The position numbers were made by a program, and so were the translations under genes. Below are positions 49,041-59,494 of a stretch of 64,000 bases of DNA, piece by piece; the stretch's first letter is position 1, and each line of letters opens with the position of its first letter. This stretch comes from Novosphingobium sp. (GTDB lineage: Bacteria; Pseudomonadota; Alphaproteobacteria; Sphingomonadales; Sphingomonadaceae), in contig JANPPM010000215.1 in assembly GCA_031428495.1 (NCBI GenBank), positions 640 through 64,639 of the forward strand, in the 5' to 3' direction. The notes beneath the pieces are model-generated. The model did not search any database, was not told where the DNA came from, and worked only from the letters and a program-made list of their open reading frames with translations.

Positions 49041-50219
49041 GTGGATCGTGTCCAGCGCGTCGGCGAAGTTGCCGAAATCATGCTCGATTATGTTGAGAAC
49101 CGGAAAACCCACCAGACTGTCAGCACGCTGACCGTTCCCAGCGAAAGCTATACTGACCCGGACCAGTGGCGAGCCGAACTGGAGCTGGTGTTCAAGCGCG
49201 TGCCCTTGATGCTGGCCTTTACCGCCGAACTGCCCAACCCTGGCGACTACAAGGCGATGGATGCCGTCGGCATGCCGATGCTGATCAATCGCGACAAGGC
49301 GGGCAAGGTGCGTGCCTTCCTCAACGTCTGCGCGCATCGCGGCGCGCCTGTAGCCAGCGACGGCCGCGGCAATTGCCCTCGGTTTACCTGCAAATATCAC
49401 GGCTGGACCTATGGCCAGGACGGCAAGCTGATCGGCGTGGCGGAAGCCGGAACTTTTGGCGAGGTGGACAAGGCACAGCGCGGCTTGCGCGAACTGCCAT
49501 GCGAAGAACGCGCGGGCATGATCTTCGTCTGCCTCAGCCCGAACGCGCCCCTCGAATTGGACGATTATTTCCAGGGGTTTCTTGAGGATTTCGAAGCGCT
49601 CGACTTTGCCAAATGGTCCTACCTTGGCGCGCGCACCATCGAAGGGGCAAACTGGAAGATCGCCTTTGATGGCTATCTGGAAGGCTACCATTTTTCCTCG
49701 CTGCACCCGGAAACCATCGCCCCGCGCACCCCGTCCAACTGTGCGCATTATGAAGGCTTTGGTCCGAACATGCGCATCGGCTTTCCCCAGCGCCGGATTG
49801 CTGAAGCCCTGCGCCCGCTGCCCCGCGAGGAGTGGGGAAATCAGGAAAACAACGGCTTCGATTTCGTGCGTATATTCTTCCCCAACGTTTCGGTGTTCAT
49901 CGCGCCGGAAATCACCCAGATCGCCCAGCTGTTCCCCGGACCCACGCCGGACAAGAACCGCACGGTGCTGAACTACCTGCGCCGCGAACCGATCCGCGAC
50001 GAAGAAGATCGCGCCGGTGTAGAGGCGGCGATCAACTTCTTCCGCGATGTCACCTACAACGAAGACTACCTTATCGGCCTCGAAATCCAGCGGGGTCTGG
50101 AATCAGGCGCGCATGACGAACTGGTGTTCGGCCGGAATGAACGCGGCAACCAGTACTTCCATGAGTGGCTGAACTGGTATCTGGAAGACGATGCCTCTGC
50201 CACTCAGCCGGTGATGTGA
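49041..50219 (+). CDS. Rieske non-heme iron oxygenase alpha subunit
   Basis: CAHRG...CKYHGW, NWK..FDGYLEGYH....H, ED iron ligand. Confidence 0.93.
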   Translation: MDRVQRVGEVAEIMLDYVENRKTHQTVSTLTVPSESYTDPDQWRAELELVFKRVPLMLAFTAELPNPGDYKAMDAVGMPMLINRDKAGKVRAFLNVCAHRGAPVASDGRGNCPRFTCKYHGWTYGQDGKLIGVAEAGTFGEVDKAQRGLRELPCEERAGMIFVCLSPNAPLELDDYFQGFLEDFEALDFAKWSYLGARTIEGANWKIAFDGYLEGYHFSSLHPETIAPRTPSNCAHYEGFGPNMRIGFPQRRIAEALRPLPREEWGNQENNGFDFVRIFFPNVSVFIAPEITQIAQLFPGPTPDKNRTVLNYLRREPIRDEEDRAGVEAAINFFRDVTYNEDYLIGLEIQRGLESGAHDELVFGRNERGNQYFHEWLNWYLEDDASATQPVM

Positions 50220-50233
50220 CGAAGGCTGCGGCC

Positions 50234-51025
50234 ATGCGCCCCATCTCGCTGGCATCGGGTGTGGTGCCTGAATTCGGCCCGGTCGAAACCATTTATGCCG
50301 CCGCTGCGGCGGGCTTCGACGCGGTTGGCCTGTGGGTCGAGCCGGGCGAGTGGACTGCATCGCTGCTGCAAGTCACGCGTGCGGCCCTCGCCGCTACCGG
50401 CCTGCCAGTGCTCGACGTCGAAGTGATCTGGCTGAAGCCGGACAGTTCGATGGACGAGCACCGGCGGCTGATCGATATCGGGGCAGAGCTTGGTGCGGCG
50501 AATGTGCTGTGTGTTGCATCAGACCCAGACCACGCCCGCACCGCCGCCCGGCTTGCCGAACTGTGCCGCCATGCCGAACAGTCGGCAATGCGCGTTGCGC
50601 TTGAGTTCGGCATTTTCACCGATGTGAAGAACCTGGCGCAGGCTTTGGCCTTAGTCGATCAGGTTGCCCATCCCTTGGCAGCGCTGCTCATCGATCCGAT
50701 CCATGTGGACCGGTCGGGCACCACGCTTGCCGAAATCGCCCAGGTCGATCCAGCCTTGCTGCCCTATGCCCAATTCTGCGATGCACGCGCCGAGCGGCCC
50801 GATCCGGCGGACTTTGACGCGGTGATTACCGACGCCATCGACCTGCGCAAACAATGCGGCGAAGGTGCGCTACCGCTAGCCGCCTTGCTGGAGGCCCTAC
50901 CTGCCGCAATCCCGCTGTCGATCGAACTGCGATCCCGCGCGCTGCGCGAAGCGTTCGATCATCCCGCGCTCAGGGCCAGCGCGGTGGCCGATGCGACCAG
51001 GCGCTGGCTGGAAGCCCACGCCTGA
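50234..51025 (+). CDS. Sugar-phosphate isomerase/epimerase-like TIM-barrel protein
   Basis: AGFD.VGL, ALEF, D..H..R, Q.CDA, R...GEG.LPL, SIE; an alternative GTG at 50216 overlaps the Rieske stop. Confidence 0.85.
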   Translation: MRPISLASGVVPEFGPVETIYAAAAAGFDAVGLWVEPGEWTASLLQVTRAALAATGLPVLDVEVIWLKPDSSMDEHRRLIDIGAELGAANVLCVASDPDHARTAARLAELCRHAEQSAMRVALEFGIFTDVKNLAQALALVDQVAHPLAALLIDPIHVDRSGTTLAEIAQVDPALLPYAQFCDARAERPDPADFDAVITDAIDLRKQCGEGALPLAALLEALPAAIPLSIELRSRALREAFDHPALRASAVADATRRWLEAHA

Positions 51026-51036
51026 TCGCTTCGTGC

Positions 51037-51721
51037 CTACCAGGCGTGCGGCTCGCCGTTCCATTTGAGGAAATCGCCGGACTGGTCCAGCGTCCAACCA
51101 GTCGTGACCGCGATGATCCCTGCCGCACTGTCATGCGGCGTGATCTCGGCGCCCGGCCCGCCCATGTCGGTCTGGACATAGCCGGGGTGAACGATACCAA
51201 CGACAATGCCGCGCGGCTTGAGATCGGTTGCAACTGAACGCATTAGCCGGCCCAACGCTGCCTTGGCGGCAGCATAGGAATAGAAACCACCATAGAACCA
51301 GGTCGAAGCAGCGATCTGGCTGGAAAGGTTGATGACTTTCGCACCTGCCGCCAGCCGCGGCAAAAAGGCCTGAATCACCCGCAGCGGGCCTTTGACCATG
51401 ATGTTGAACACATTGTCCCAGCTGTCCCAGTCAGCACGTTCCAGTTCCGGCTCGACCACGCCGATAACTCCGGCCACGTTGTACAGCACGTCGATTGGCC
51501 CATCCCCGGTGGATGCTGCCCCGGCCTTGACCGAAGCATCATCGCCGACATCAAGGGCATGGACCGTCAGCCGTCCCCGACCCTGCCGCAAGCACCTGCA
51601 ACTGGTCCGCCGCCGCAGGATCCCGGGCGAGCGCATAGACCCTGTCCCCCGCTGCCAGATGCTGCCGCGCCAGCTCAAAGCCGATTCCGCGCGCTGCGCC
51701 GGTAATTGCGATATTCGCCAA
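51037..51721 (-). pseudogene. Frameshifted SDR (CsgA-like)
   Basis: N-terminal ITGAARGIG in one frame; LDV, NVAG, YAAAK, HPGYVQTDMGG in another; break at the G4 run 51575-51578. Confidence 0.85.
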
Positions 51722-52033
51722 TGGGTATCCTTTCATGTGATTATGCAGCTAACCTGGACGCCTGAAGTGCTGCCGTGAATACCGGCTTGATCGGGCACCA
51801 GATTAGGCATGTTCCGGCAAGAAACAAACCGGCAATGGCCCGCAAAGCCATGCCGGTGCCTGTGACAATGGCGAGTGGAGGAGCGCCCGCCCGCAGCCTA
51901 TCACCATCCGGGTGCGGGCCGGGTGCGGGACGATCCGGCCGGCCTAACGATTCCGACACTTTGCCCGCAAAGCTAATTCAAAAGAGCCAAAACCGGCCAA
52001 ACCGAACGACACTGATTGGTGAAGGATGCTGCA

Positions 52034-53353
52034 ATGACTGCCGAGCCTGCGCTCTCACGCTATTCCAAGGAATTCGATCCTCCGGTCCGCGGAGACAAAA
52101 TCACTGCCGATCGTTATATCAGCCGCGAATGGATGCAACTGGAAGGTCGGCACCTCTGGCCCAAGGTCTGGCATCTGGGCGGCGTGACGGCAGACCTTGA
52201 AGAAGAGGGCGATTTCATCCGCCACAACTTCGGCAAGGAATCGGTGTTGATGATCCGGCAGGCCGATGGTTCGATCAAGGCGTTCTACAACACCTGCCCG
52301 CATCGCGGTAACCGTCTGATACAAGGCGAAGTCGGCGGCGTGCCGCGCATCACTTGCTCATACCACGGCTGGCAGTTCGATCCCGATGGCACGCTGGTCC
52401 ATGTTCAGGATCCTGATGACTTCGCCGACGGCAGCCCCTGCGGCAAGGTCACGCTATCGCAATTGCGCTGCGATACCTGGGGGCCATTCGTGTTCTGGTG
52501 CATGGATGATGACGTAAAGCCGCTGCACGAATGGCTTTCCCCGTTCCCCGAACGGCTGGCAGGCTATGGTCTGGAAAGCTGGGTCAGGGTGCTGAACCTG
52601 TCCGCTGACTGCCAATTCAACTGGAAGATCATCCGCGACAACTTCAACGAGAGCTACCACCTGCCAACGATCCACCCGGAACTTGCGACCTTCATCAACG
52701 ATGGTCTGCCCGATACGCTGTTCGAAATGTACCCCAGCGGCCACAACGCGATGTGGATGAAAGGCCATCAGGCCACCACGCGCAAGGACTTCCAAAGCGG
52801 CGAAGTGCCCTTCCCGCTTGATGCAGCCGCCAGCGCCTGGGGAATCGATCCGGCGGAATTCAAAGGCCGCACCAGCGACATCCGGCAAGCCATGGTCGAA
52901 GCGAAGCGCATGCTTGGCGCGAAACGGGGCTATGTCAATTACGCCAGCATGTCGGACCAGCAGTTGGTCGATTACTTCCACTGCACCCTGTTCCCCAACC
53001 TCACGCTGACCATGTCGCCCGAACAGTGCCAGATCCTGCGCACCGAGCCGCATCCGACCGACCCGGAAAAATGCATCTTCCAGCACTGGATTCTGGTGCC
53101 AGCAGTGGCGGGGATGAAAGAGGTGGAAACGCCCGTTGGCACGGTCCCGCTGGAGAATGCGGAACACCGCCATTCGGTTTATGGCGATGGCCAGTCGCTG
53201 GGCTATGTCGCCGATCAAGACCTGTCGATTGGCACCAGCCAGCAGCAGGGACTGAATTCACGGGGGTTCAAGGGCTGTATCTTGTCCAATCAGGAGAAGC
53301 GGGTTCAACGCTTCCACGAACTGCTCAACGATATGGTGCTGGGCAAGAACTGA
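52034..53353 (+). CDS. Rieske non-heme iron oxygenase alpha subunit
   Basis: CPHRG...CSYHGW, NWK...DNFNESYH....H, QD. Confidence 0.93.
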   Translation: MTAEPALSRYSKEFDPPVRGDKITADRYISREWMQLEGRHLWPKVWHLGGVTADLEEEGDFIRHNFGKESVLMIRQADGSIKAFYNTCPHRGNRLIQGEVGGVPRITCSYHGWQFDPDGTLVHVQDPDDFADGSPCGKVTLSQLRCDTWGPFVFWCMDDDVKPLHEWLSPFPERLAGYGLESWVRVLNLSADCQFNWKIIRDNFNESYHLPTIHPELATFINDGLPDTLFEMYPSGHNAMWMKGHQATTRKDFQSGEVPFPLDAAASAWGIDPAEFKGRTSDIRQAMVEAKRMLGAKRGYVNYASMSDQQLVDYFHCTLFPNLTLTMSPEQCQILRTEPHPTDPEKCIFQHWILVPAVAGMKEVETPVGTVPLENAEHRHSVYGDGQSLGYVADQDLSIGTSQQQGLNSRGFKGCILSNQEKRVQRFHELLNDMVLGKN

Positions 53354-53395
53354 ACTTTCAGCCGCCTGAAATTCACATCCATAAGGATCGCACGG

Positions 53396-53803
53396 ATGCC
53401 GAACTGCTCGATAGACGATCGCCTGGCGATCGAGGATCTGACCATTGCCTATTGCACGGCGGTGGACACGATTGGCGACATCGACGGCGTTTGCGCGTTG
53501 TTCACGCCGGATGCGGTCTATGACCTTTCGGGAATAGGCATGGCAGAACTGCACGGACACAAAGCGATCCGCGCCTTCTTTGCCGGTGCCTTTCCGACGA
53601 TGGCGTATAACGCGCATTACATCAGCAACTTTGCCTTGACCGGTCATGCCGGCGAAACTGCATCGGCGCGCACCTATGTCCACGCGATGAGTACGGGCAT
53701 CGATGGCAGCTGCATGGAAGTGCGGGCGCGCTATTTCTTCGATGTGGCGCGCAGCTCCGAGGGCTGGAAGATTTCGCGGCTGGGATTCAAGCCGTTCGGC
53801 TGA
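53396..53803 (+). CDS. NTF2/SnoaL-like protein (BaiE/LinA-like dehydratase fold)
   Basis: DRLAIEDL...Y...VD, LFTPDA, H.ISN, Y.....R...GWKI. Confidence 0.85.
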   Translation: MPNCSIDDRLAIEDLTIAYCTAVDTIGDIDGVCALFTPDAVYDLSGIGMAELHGHKAIRAFFAGAFPTMAYNAHYISNFALTGHAGETASARTYVHAMSTGIDGSCMEVRARYFFDVARSSEGWKISRLGFKPFG

Positions 53804-53863
53804 TGCAGAGCGACGATAATCGACCGCCGCGCTTGTAAGCTTGAAAATCATGGGAATTGAAAC

Positions 53864-55516
53864 ATGACTGAAGTCGCCAAATGGGATCTTGAGGCTGATG
53901 TCGTCGTGCTGGGATCTGGCGGGGCGGCCATGACGGCAGCGATATCTGCACATGATTTCGGCGCGCCAAATGTAGTCATCCTGGAAAAGTCCGGGATGGT
54001 CGGCGGAACAACCGCCATGTCTGGCGGCATGCTTTGGATTCCGGGCAATGATTACCAGATCGAGGCCGGCATCGCGGAATCGGATGACGATATCGTCGCC
54101 TATCTTGATGCGCTTGCCCCCGGCCAGCTTGATCCCGACACTTTGGGTGCATTCATGGAGAATGGCCCGGAAATGCTGCGCTATCTGGCCGAAAAGACGC
54201 CGGTGCGCTTCCATGTCTTTGAGGACTTTCCTGACTATCAGCCCTACATGCCCGGCGCCAAACCAGACGGCGGCCGGTCGCTCGACAATGAGGCCTTTTC
54301 CTTCGAATTACTGGGAAAATGGGCGGCGCGGGTGAACCCCAGCAAGATGGCATACCCCCTGCGCGGCAGCCTGATGGAGGCGATCCGAGGGACGCTGGAC
54401 GAAGCTGCCCTCGCCGAACGCGAAGCGCATGATTACCGGGGGCTGGGGCAAGCGCTGGCCGGCTCGCTGTTCAAGGCCGTACTGGACCGGAACATCCCGG
54501 TTGAGTTTGAAAAGCGCGCGCGCAAGCTGGTTAAGGATGGGGACCGGGTGATCGGCGTTATCGCCGAAGACGCAGGTGGCCGCGATTTCCGCGTGCGCGC
54601 ACGGCGCGGCGTTGTGATCGCCACGGGCGGGTTTGAATGGAACGAGCAACTGGTCAAAACCTTCCTGCGCGGCCCGCTCACCGGGCCGGTGAGCGTGCCC
54701 GAGAATGAAGGCGACGGCCTGTTGATGGCCATCGATGCCGGCGCGCAGCTCGGCAATATGCAAAACGCCTTCTGGATGCAGAGCGCGCTGGAATTCAAGC
54801 CACAACACCGCAACGCCAAGCCAAATTACATGCTGGGTTCGGACGAGCGCGCCCGCCCCGGGGCGATTCTGGTCAATAGCGTGGGCAAGCGGTTCGTGAA
54901 CGAATCGGCCAATTACAACGCTGTCGGCAAAGCGGTCCTCGCTTTTGACGCAGGCAGCCACAGCTATGCCAATCTTCCCTACTGGCTGATCATCGATCAG
55001 CGCTACAAGGACAAGTATCCAGCTTTCACCTCACCGCCAGGATCGCCGATCCCGTCCTACATGATGCAGGCAGACACGCTGGAAGAGCTGGCCGCCATCG
55101 CGGGGATAGATGCCGCAGGATTGACGGCCACAGTGGCGCGGTTCAATGGCATGGTCAAAGCCGGCCATGATGATGACTTCAACCGCGGCGACAACAGCTA
55201 CGACAATTTCTACATGTGGGGCGATCCGGCGTTTGATGCTCCCTACCGCACTCTGGGGGTGATTGATCAAGCCCCCTATTATGCGGTCAAGATGGAATCC
55301 GGCGCGCTGGGTACGGCGGGCGGTCCCAAGACCAACGCCGACGCACAGGTTATCGATTGGAATGGAAATCCGATCCAGGGCTTGTACGCGGCAGGGAACG
55401 CCATGGCCGCCGTGCTGGGCGAAGCTTACGGCGGCGCGGGCGGGACGCTTGGTCCGGGCATGACATTCGGCTATATCGCCGGACGCCACCTCGGGGCTCG
55501 GCTTCCCAATTGCTGA
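53864..55516 (+). CDS. FAD-dependent oxidoreductase, 3-ketosteroid delta1-dehydrogenase-like
   Basis: VLGSG, GGTTAMSGG.LWIP, PDY, ATGGFE, GKRF.NE, GLYAAGN, YGGAGGTLG. Confidence 0.8.
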   Translation: MTEVAKWDLEADVVVLGSGGAAMTAAISAHDFGAPNVVILEKSGMVGGTTAMSGGMLWIPGNDYQIEAGIAESDDDIVAYLDALAPGQLDPDTLGAFMENGPEMLRYLAEKTPVRFHVFEDFPDYQPYMPGAKPDGGRSLDNEAFSFELLGKWAARVNPSKMAYPLRGSLMEAIRGTLDEAALAEREAHDYRGLGQALAGSLFKAVLDRNIPVEFEKRARKLVKDGDRVIGVIAEDAGGRDFRVRARRGVVIATGGFEWNEQLVKTFLRGPLTGPVSVPENEGDGLLMAIDAGAQLGNMQNAFWMQSALEFKPQHRNAKPNYMLGSDERARPGAILVNSVGKRFVNESANYNAVGKAVLAFDAGSHSYANLPYWLIIDQRYKDKYPAFTSPPGSPIPSYMMQADTLEELAAIAGIDAAGLTATVARFNGMVKAGHDDDFNRGDNSYDNFYMWGDPAFDAPYRTLGVIDQAPYYAVKMESGALGTAGGPKTNADAQVIDWNGNPIQGLYAAGNAMAAVLGEAYGGAGGTLGPGMTFGYIAGRHLGARLPNC

Positions 55517-55522
55517 TCCTGT

Positions 55523-56299
55523 TCAGACCTGACTGAAGCCGCCATCCATCAGGAATTCGGAACAGGTGACAAAGCTGGCCGCTTCCGAACAGAGATAGAC
55601 CACGCCGCCGCTCATCTCATCGGGTCGGCCCATGCGACCGATCGGGTGATTGGAGACGATGCTCTGCATCGCTGCATCGCGCGACGCGGCTGCGCCGAGT
55701 TCGACGTAGCGGTCCATGATGCCAGTCAGCATTCCGGTATCAATGCCGCCGGGGTGCACGCTGTTGCAGCGGATGTTATACCCCAGCGCGGCAAACTCTG
55801 CGCCCATGCATTTGGACAACATCTTCACCGCCGCCTTGCTGGTGCAATAGGCCGCATTGAATACTGCGCCACGCAAGCCGCCGACGCTTGAGAAGTTGAC
55901 TATCGAGGCCCCGCCCTTGCGCGCCTTGCCGCCTTCTTTCAGCAGCGGCAGCAGGATCTGCGTGCCGATGATCACCGAATCGACATTGATCGCATTGACC
56001 CGGTGCCATTCTGCCAGCGGGGTTTCCTCAATTTTGCCGACCACCGAAATCGCCGCGATATTCACCAGTGCATCGAGGCGGCCATAGTGCATTTGGGTCA
56101 GATCGGCGACGCTGCGCCAATCGGCGTCGCTGGTCACATCGTGCCTCAGGTAATGGTCCGCGCCCACATCGGCATTGTCGGCCAGATCGGTGGCAATCAC
56201 CACCGCGCCCGCTGCCTTCATCGCCTTCACCGTCTCGCGGCCAATGCCGCCTGCCGCGCCGGTTACCACGGCGACGACGTTTTCCAGTCCGATAGTCAT
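55523..56299 (-). CDS. SDR oxidoreductase
   Basis: TGAAGGIG, YCTSK, NSVHPG, DGG. Confidence 0.92.
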   Translation of the reverse strand: MTIGLENVVAVVTGAAGGIGRETVKAMKAAGAVVIATDLADNADVGADHYLRHDVTSDADWRSVADLTQMHYGRLDALVNIAAISVVGKIEETPLAEWHRVNAINVDSVIIGTQILLPLLKEGGKARKGGASIVNFSSVGGLRGAVFNAAYCTSKAAVKMLSKCMGAEFAALGYNIRCNSVHPGGIDTGMLTGIMDRYVELGAAASRDAAMQSIVSNHPIGRMGRPDEMSGGVVYLCSEAASFVTCSEFLMDGGFSQV

Positions 56300-56313
56300 G
56301 TGCTTGAGATCCT

Positions 56314-57132
56314 TTACTGCGCAGTCCAGCCGCCATCCATCACGAGTTCCGCGCCGGTCATGTAGGCGCTGTCCGCGCTGGCGAGGAAGAATACGCCGCT
56401 GGCCAGTTCTTCGGGCTGTGCCAGGCGCCCCAACGGAGTCTGTGCGGCCACGGCATCGACCAGATCCTGCGGCTTTTCCGCTACGCCCTTGTCCACCCAG
56501 CGCTGGAAGCCTTCGTTCAGCAGCGGGGTGACGACAAAGCCGGGATGCAAAGAATTGGCGCGTATCGGCATTTTTTTCTTGGCGAATTCGACCGCGATGG
56601 ACTTTGTGAACAGCCGCACCGCGCCCTTGCTGGCGTTATAGGCTGAGGTATCAGTGTAGCCGACCAGACCCATGATTGAGCTGACATTGATGATCGAGGC
56701 ACCGCCCCGCACTTCTGCGCCGCACTGTGCCATCATCGGCACGAAAGTCTTCACCCCCAGAAACACACCGTCGACGTTGATGTCCATGATCCGCCGCCAG
56801 CCTTCCATCGTCAGGCTTTCGACCGGGCCAGTCAGATCGATCCCGGCATTGTTGACCAGCACATGCAATTTTCCATGGCGCTGCTGCACCACATCGCGGG
56901 CGCGTTGCCAGTCTTCCTCGCGAGTGACGTTGGCCTGCACAAAGCTTGCCGCCTGCCCCAGCCGCGCCATCGTGCTGGCGGCAAGATCGCTGTCCGGCGC
57001 ATCAAGGTCTGACAGCACGACTTCCGCGCCTTCGGCCAGAAACCGCTCAACACAGGCAAGCCCGATGCCGCGCAGCCCCCCGGAAACGAAAGCGACCCTG
57101 CCGATCAGGCGCTGTGAGCCCAGATCCGTCAT
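56314..57132 (-). CDS. SDR oxidoreductase
   Basis: SGGLRGIG, NNAGI, YNASK, NSLHPG, TGAELVMDGG. Confidence 0.92.
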   Translation of the reverse strand: MTDLGSQRLIGRVAFVSGGLRGIGLACVERFLAEGAEVVLSDLDAPDSDLAASTMARLGQAASFVQANVTREEDWQRARDVVQQRHGKLHVLVNNAGIDLTGPVESLTMEGWRRIMDINVDGVFLGVKTFVPMMAQCGAEVRGGASIINVSSIMGLVGYTDTSAYNASKGAVRLFTKSIAVEFAKKKMPIRANSLHPGFVVTPLLNEGFQRWVDKGVAEKPQDLVDAVAAQTPLGRLAQPEELASGVFFLASADSAYMTGAELVMDGGWTAQ

Positions 57133-57911
57133 ACGCCCATCATCCCTGCTGTTGTTGCGCCATCGATCACATATTCGCTGCCCGAAACAAACCGCGCTTC
57201 GTCGCTGGCGAGCCAGGCTACCAGCCCGGCAACTTCTTCGACCGATGCCATGCGCTTCAGCGGCGACATTCCCATATAGGCCGCGCGCGCCGCCGCCGGA
57301 TCGGGTGCCTGATCGATCAGATCACAGATCAGCGCGGTTTCGACCACGCCCGGCAGAATTGCATTGACCCGGATCTTGTAGCCTTGGTTGCCACAGTGGA
57401 CGGCGGACGATTTCACCAGTGCAACAACGGCCGCCTTCGAGACAGAATAGGCGACAAAATTGCCCATCGCCCGGTTCGCGTTCATCGAGGAATTGACGAT
57501 GATCGAGCCGGTCGGCCCAGCGGGATTGTGTTTCATCGCCCGGATTGCGTGCTGGACGGTCAACATCGCGCCGGTCTGGTTGACGGCGATGACATTGTCC
57601 CAGCCTTCGATGCCGATGTCTTCAACGCTGGCATCGCCGGATTCGGTGCCGGCATTGGCAAAGGCGATGTCCAATTGGCCAAACTGGCCGAGGATCATGT
57701 CCATCAAGCCGGGCCAGCTGGCGGCATCGCGCACGTTGTGGGCATGGAATACAGCGCCTGTCCGGGCGCATACCTGCGCCGCCGCTGCTGCGTTGGAGCC
57801 GGTAAACACCACGTTCGCGCCATCTGCCACGAGCTGCTCTACAGTGCCGGCACCGATTCCCGATGTGCCGCCTGTCACCAGCGCAACTTTGCCTTCAAGC
57901 CGTTTACTCAC
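57129..57911 (-). CDS. SDR oxidoreductase
   Basis: TGGTSGIG, ANAG, YSVSK, NAILPG. Confidence 0.92.
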   Translation of the reverse strand: MSKRLEGKVALVTGGTSGIGAGTVEQLVADGANVVFTGSNAAAAAQVCARTGAVFHAHNVRDAASWPGLMDMILGQFGQLDIAFANAGTESGDASVEDIGIEGWDNVIAVNQTGAMLTVQHAIRAMKHNPAGPTGSIIVNSSMNANRAMGNFVAYSVSKAAVVALVKSSAVHCGNQGYKIRVNAILPGVVETALICDLIDQAPDPAAARAAYMGMSPLKRMASVEEVAGLVAWLASDEARFVSGSEYVIDGATTAGMMGV

Positions 57912-58075
57912 GGCACTCTCCCAGGTTGAAAAGCCGGAATGCCGACTGCTTCTACAGTGTGGTTTGGCCTATTATAGCCGCCCTGCAACCTATGCTTTTC
58001 GACAAGGTGACGCGCGGCCGCGCGCAGGGCACAAGCAACGACAACAAAATGAAATGGGTATGAAGGATTCGCGCG

Positions 58076-59494
58076 ATGGCAGGGCAGGACCCCAAAATAA
58101 TCGGCGGCAAGGAACGCAGCCCCGGGATCACCTGGACGGACCTGATGGCGAGCGACTCGCGGCCCGCGCCCGCCTGCCTTACCGATGAAAGCTACGAATA
58201 TCTGGGGTCGGAGCCACTCGACACTGCGCGATATACCAGCGAGGAATTCGCAGCGCTTGAGCGCGAGAGGATGTGGCCGTATGTATGGCAATTCGCGGCG
58301 CGCGAGGAGGACATACCCGAGGCTGGCGACTTTGCCGTGTTTGACAACGCAGGCCGGTCATTCCTGATTACCCGGCAAGACGATGGTTCGGTCAAGGCGG
58401 TTCACAACGTCTGCCTGCATCGCGGCCGCAAGCTGCGAACCGAAAGCGGCAACGCCGGCAAATTTGCCTGCCCGTTCCACGGTTTTGCCTGGGACAAGAA
58501 CGGCAGCTTCGACGGAATGCCCTGCCAGTGGGATTTTCCTCACCTGAAGCCCGCCGACATGGCGCTGCCCGAAGCCGAAATTGGCCGGTGGGGCGGCTAT
58601 ATCTTCCTGCGCGAGGAGCCAGGCGGCCCGAGCCTCGAGGAATTTCTGGCACCAATGCCCGAACATTTCACACGCTGGCGGCATGAGGAATGCACCACCG
58701 TAATCTGGGTGGGCAAGGAAGTTCCGGCCAACTGGAAAGTTACTGCCGAAGCCTTCATGGAAGCTTGGCACACCATCATCACCCACCCCCAACTGCTGCC
58801 CTTCACCGGCGATTGCAACAGCGCCTACTGGCATTGGGGTGACAATGTGAACGCCAACCTCGTGCCGTTCGGCGTCCTCAGCCCGCATATCGATCCGGTC
58901 GGCAAGACCGAGCAATGGATCGTCGATGAATTCATCAAGTTCAACGGCCGCTCATCGGACAATTATGATCCAACTGCCGATCCCTATGCCGTGCAAGTGC
59001 CCGAAGGCGAAAGTGCGCGTGCTGCGCTGGGTGCTGCCCTGCGCAAGGCCTATACAGACCAGACCGGCTATGACCACGAACAGGCGACCGATTCCGAATT
59101 GCTCGATGCGCTGGTCTATAACCTGTTCCCCAATTTCGCGCCATGGGGCGGATACATGCCGAACGTCGTCTATCGCTGGCGACCGGGCAAAACCGCGGAT
59201 ACCTGCCTGATGGAAGTCCGCATCCTGTCGCGCGCCAGAAAGGGAGAGAAGATACCGGCTGGCGTACCGATGCATTACCTGCGGCTGGACCAGAAATGGA
59301 CCGAAGCGCCGGAACTGGGCGGGCTGGGCGATGTGCTCGAGCAGGATATGGACAATCTGCCCTTCGTGCAGGAAGGTCTGCACTGCTCGAAGACTGGCAA
59401 GATCCAGCTGGCCAACTACCAGGAAATCCGCATCCGCCAGTTTCATCGCACGATGGACAAATACCTGTCCGGCGAACTGGGGACCAAGCGGTGA
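58076..59494 (+). CDS. Rieske non-heme iron oxygenase alpha subunit
   Basis: CLHRG...CPFHG, NWK...EAFMEAWH....H, QD. Confidence 0.93.
   Translation: MAGQDPKIIGGKERSPGITWTDLMASDSRPAPACLTDESYEYLGSEPLDTARYTSEEFAALERERMWPYVWQFAAREEDIPEAGDFAVFDNAGRSFLITRQDDGSVKAVHNVCLHRGRKLRTESGNAGKFACPFHGFAWDKNGSFDGMPCQWDFPHLKPADMALPEAEIGRWGGYIFLREEPGGPSLEEFLAPMPEHFTRWRHEECTTVIWVGKEVPANWKVTAEAFMEAWHTIITHPQLLPFTGDCNSAYWHWGDNVNANLVPFGVLSPHIDPVGKTEQWIVDEFIKFNGRSSDNYDPTADPYAVQVPEGESARAALGAALRKAYTDQTGYDHEQATDSELLDALVYNLFPNFAPWGGYMPNVVYRWRPGKTADTCLMEVRILSRARKGEKIPAGVPMHYLRLDQKWTEAPELGGLGDVLEQDMDNLPFVQEGLHCSKTGKIQLANYQEIRIRQFHRTMDKYLSGELGTKR

Noticed and set aside
57988-58008. ACCT-N13-AGGT between the SDR operon and the third Rieske gene
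   Set aside because: One base longer than the 20-bp box and promoter geometry is unclear; left out of the regulon count but worth including in a motif search.
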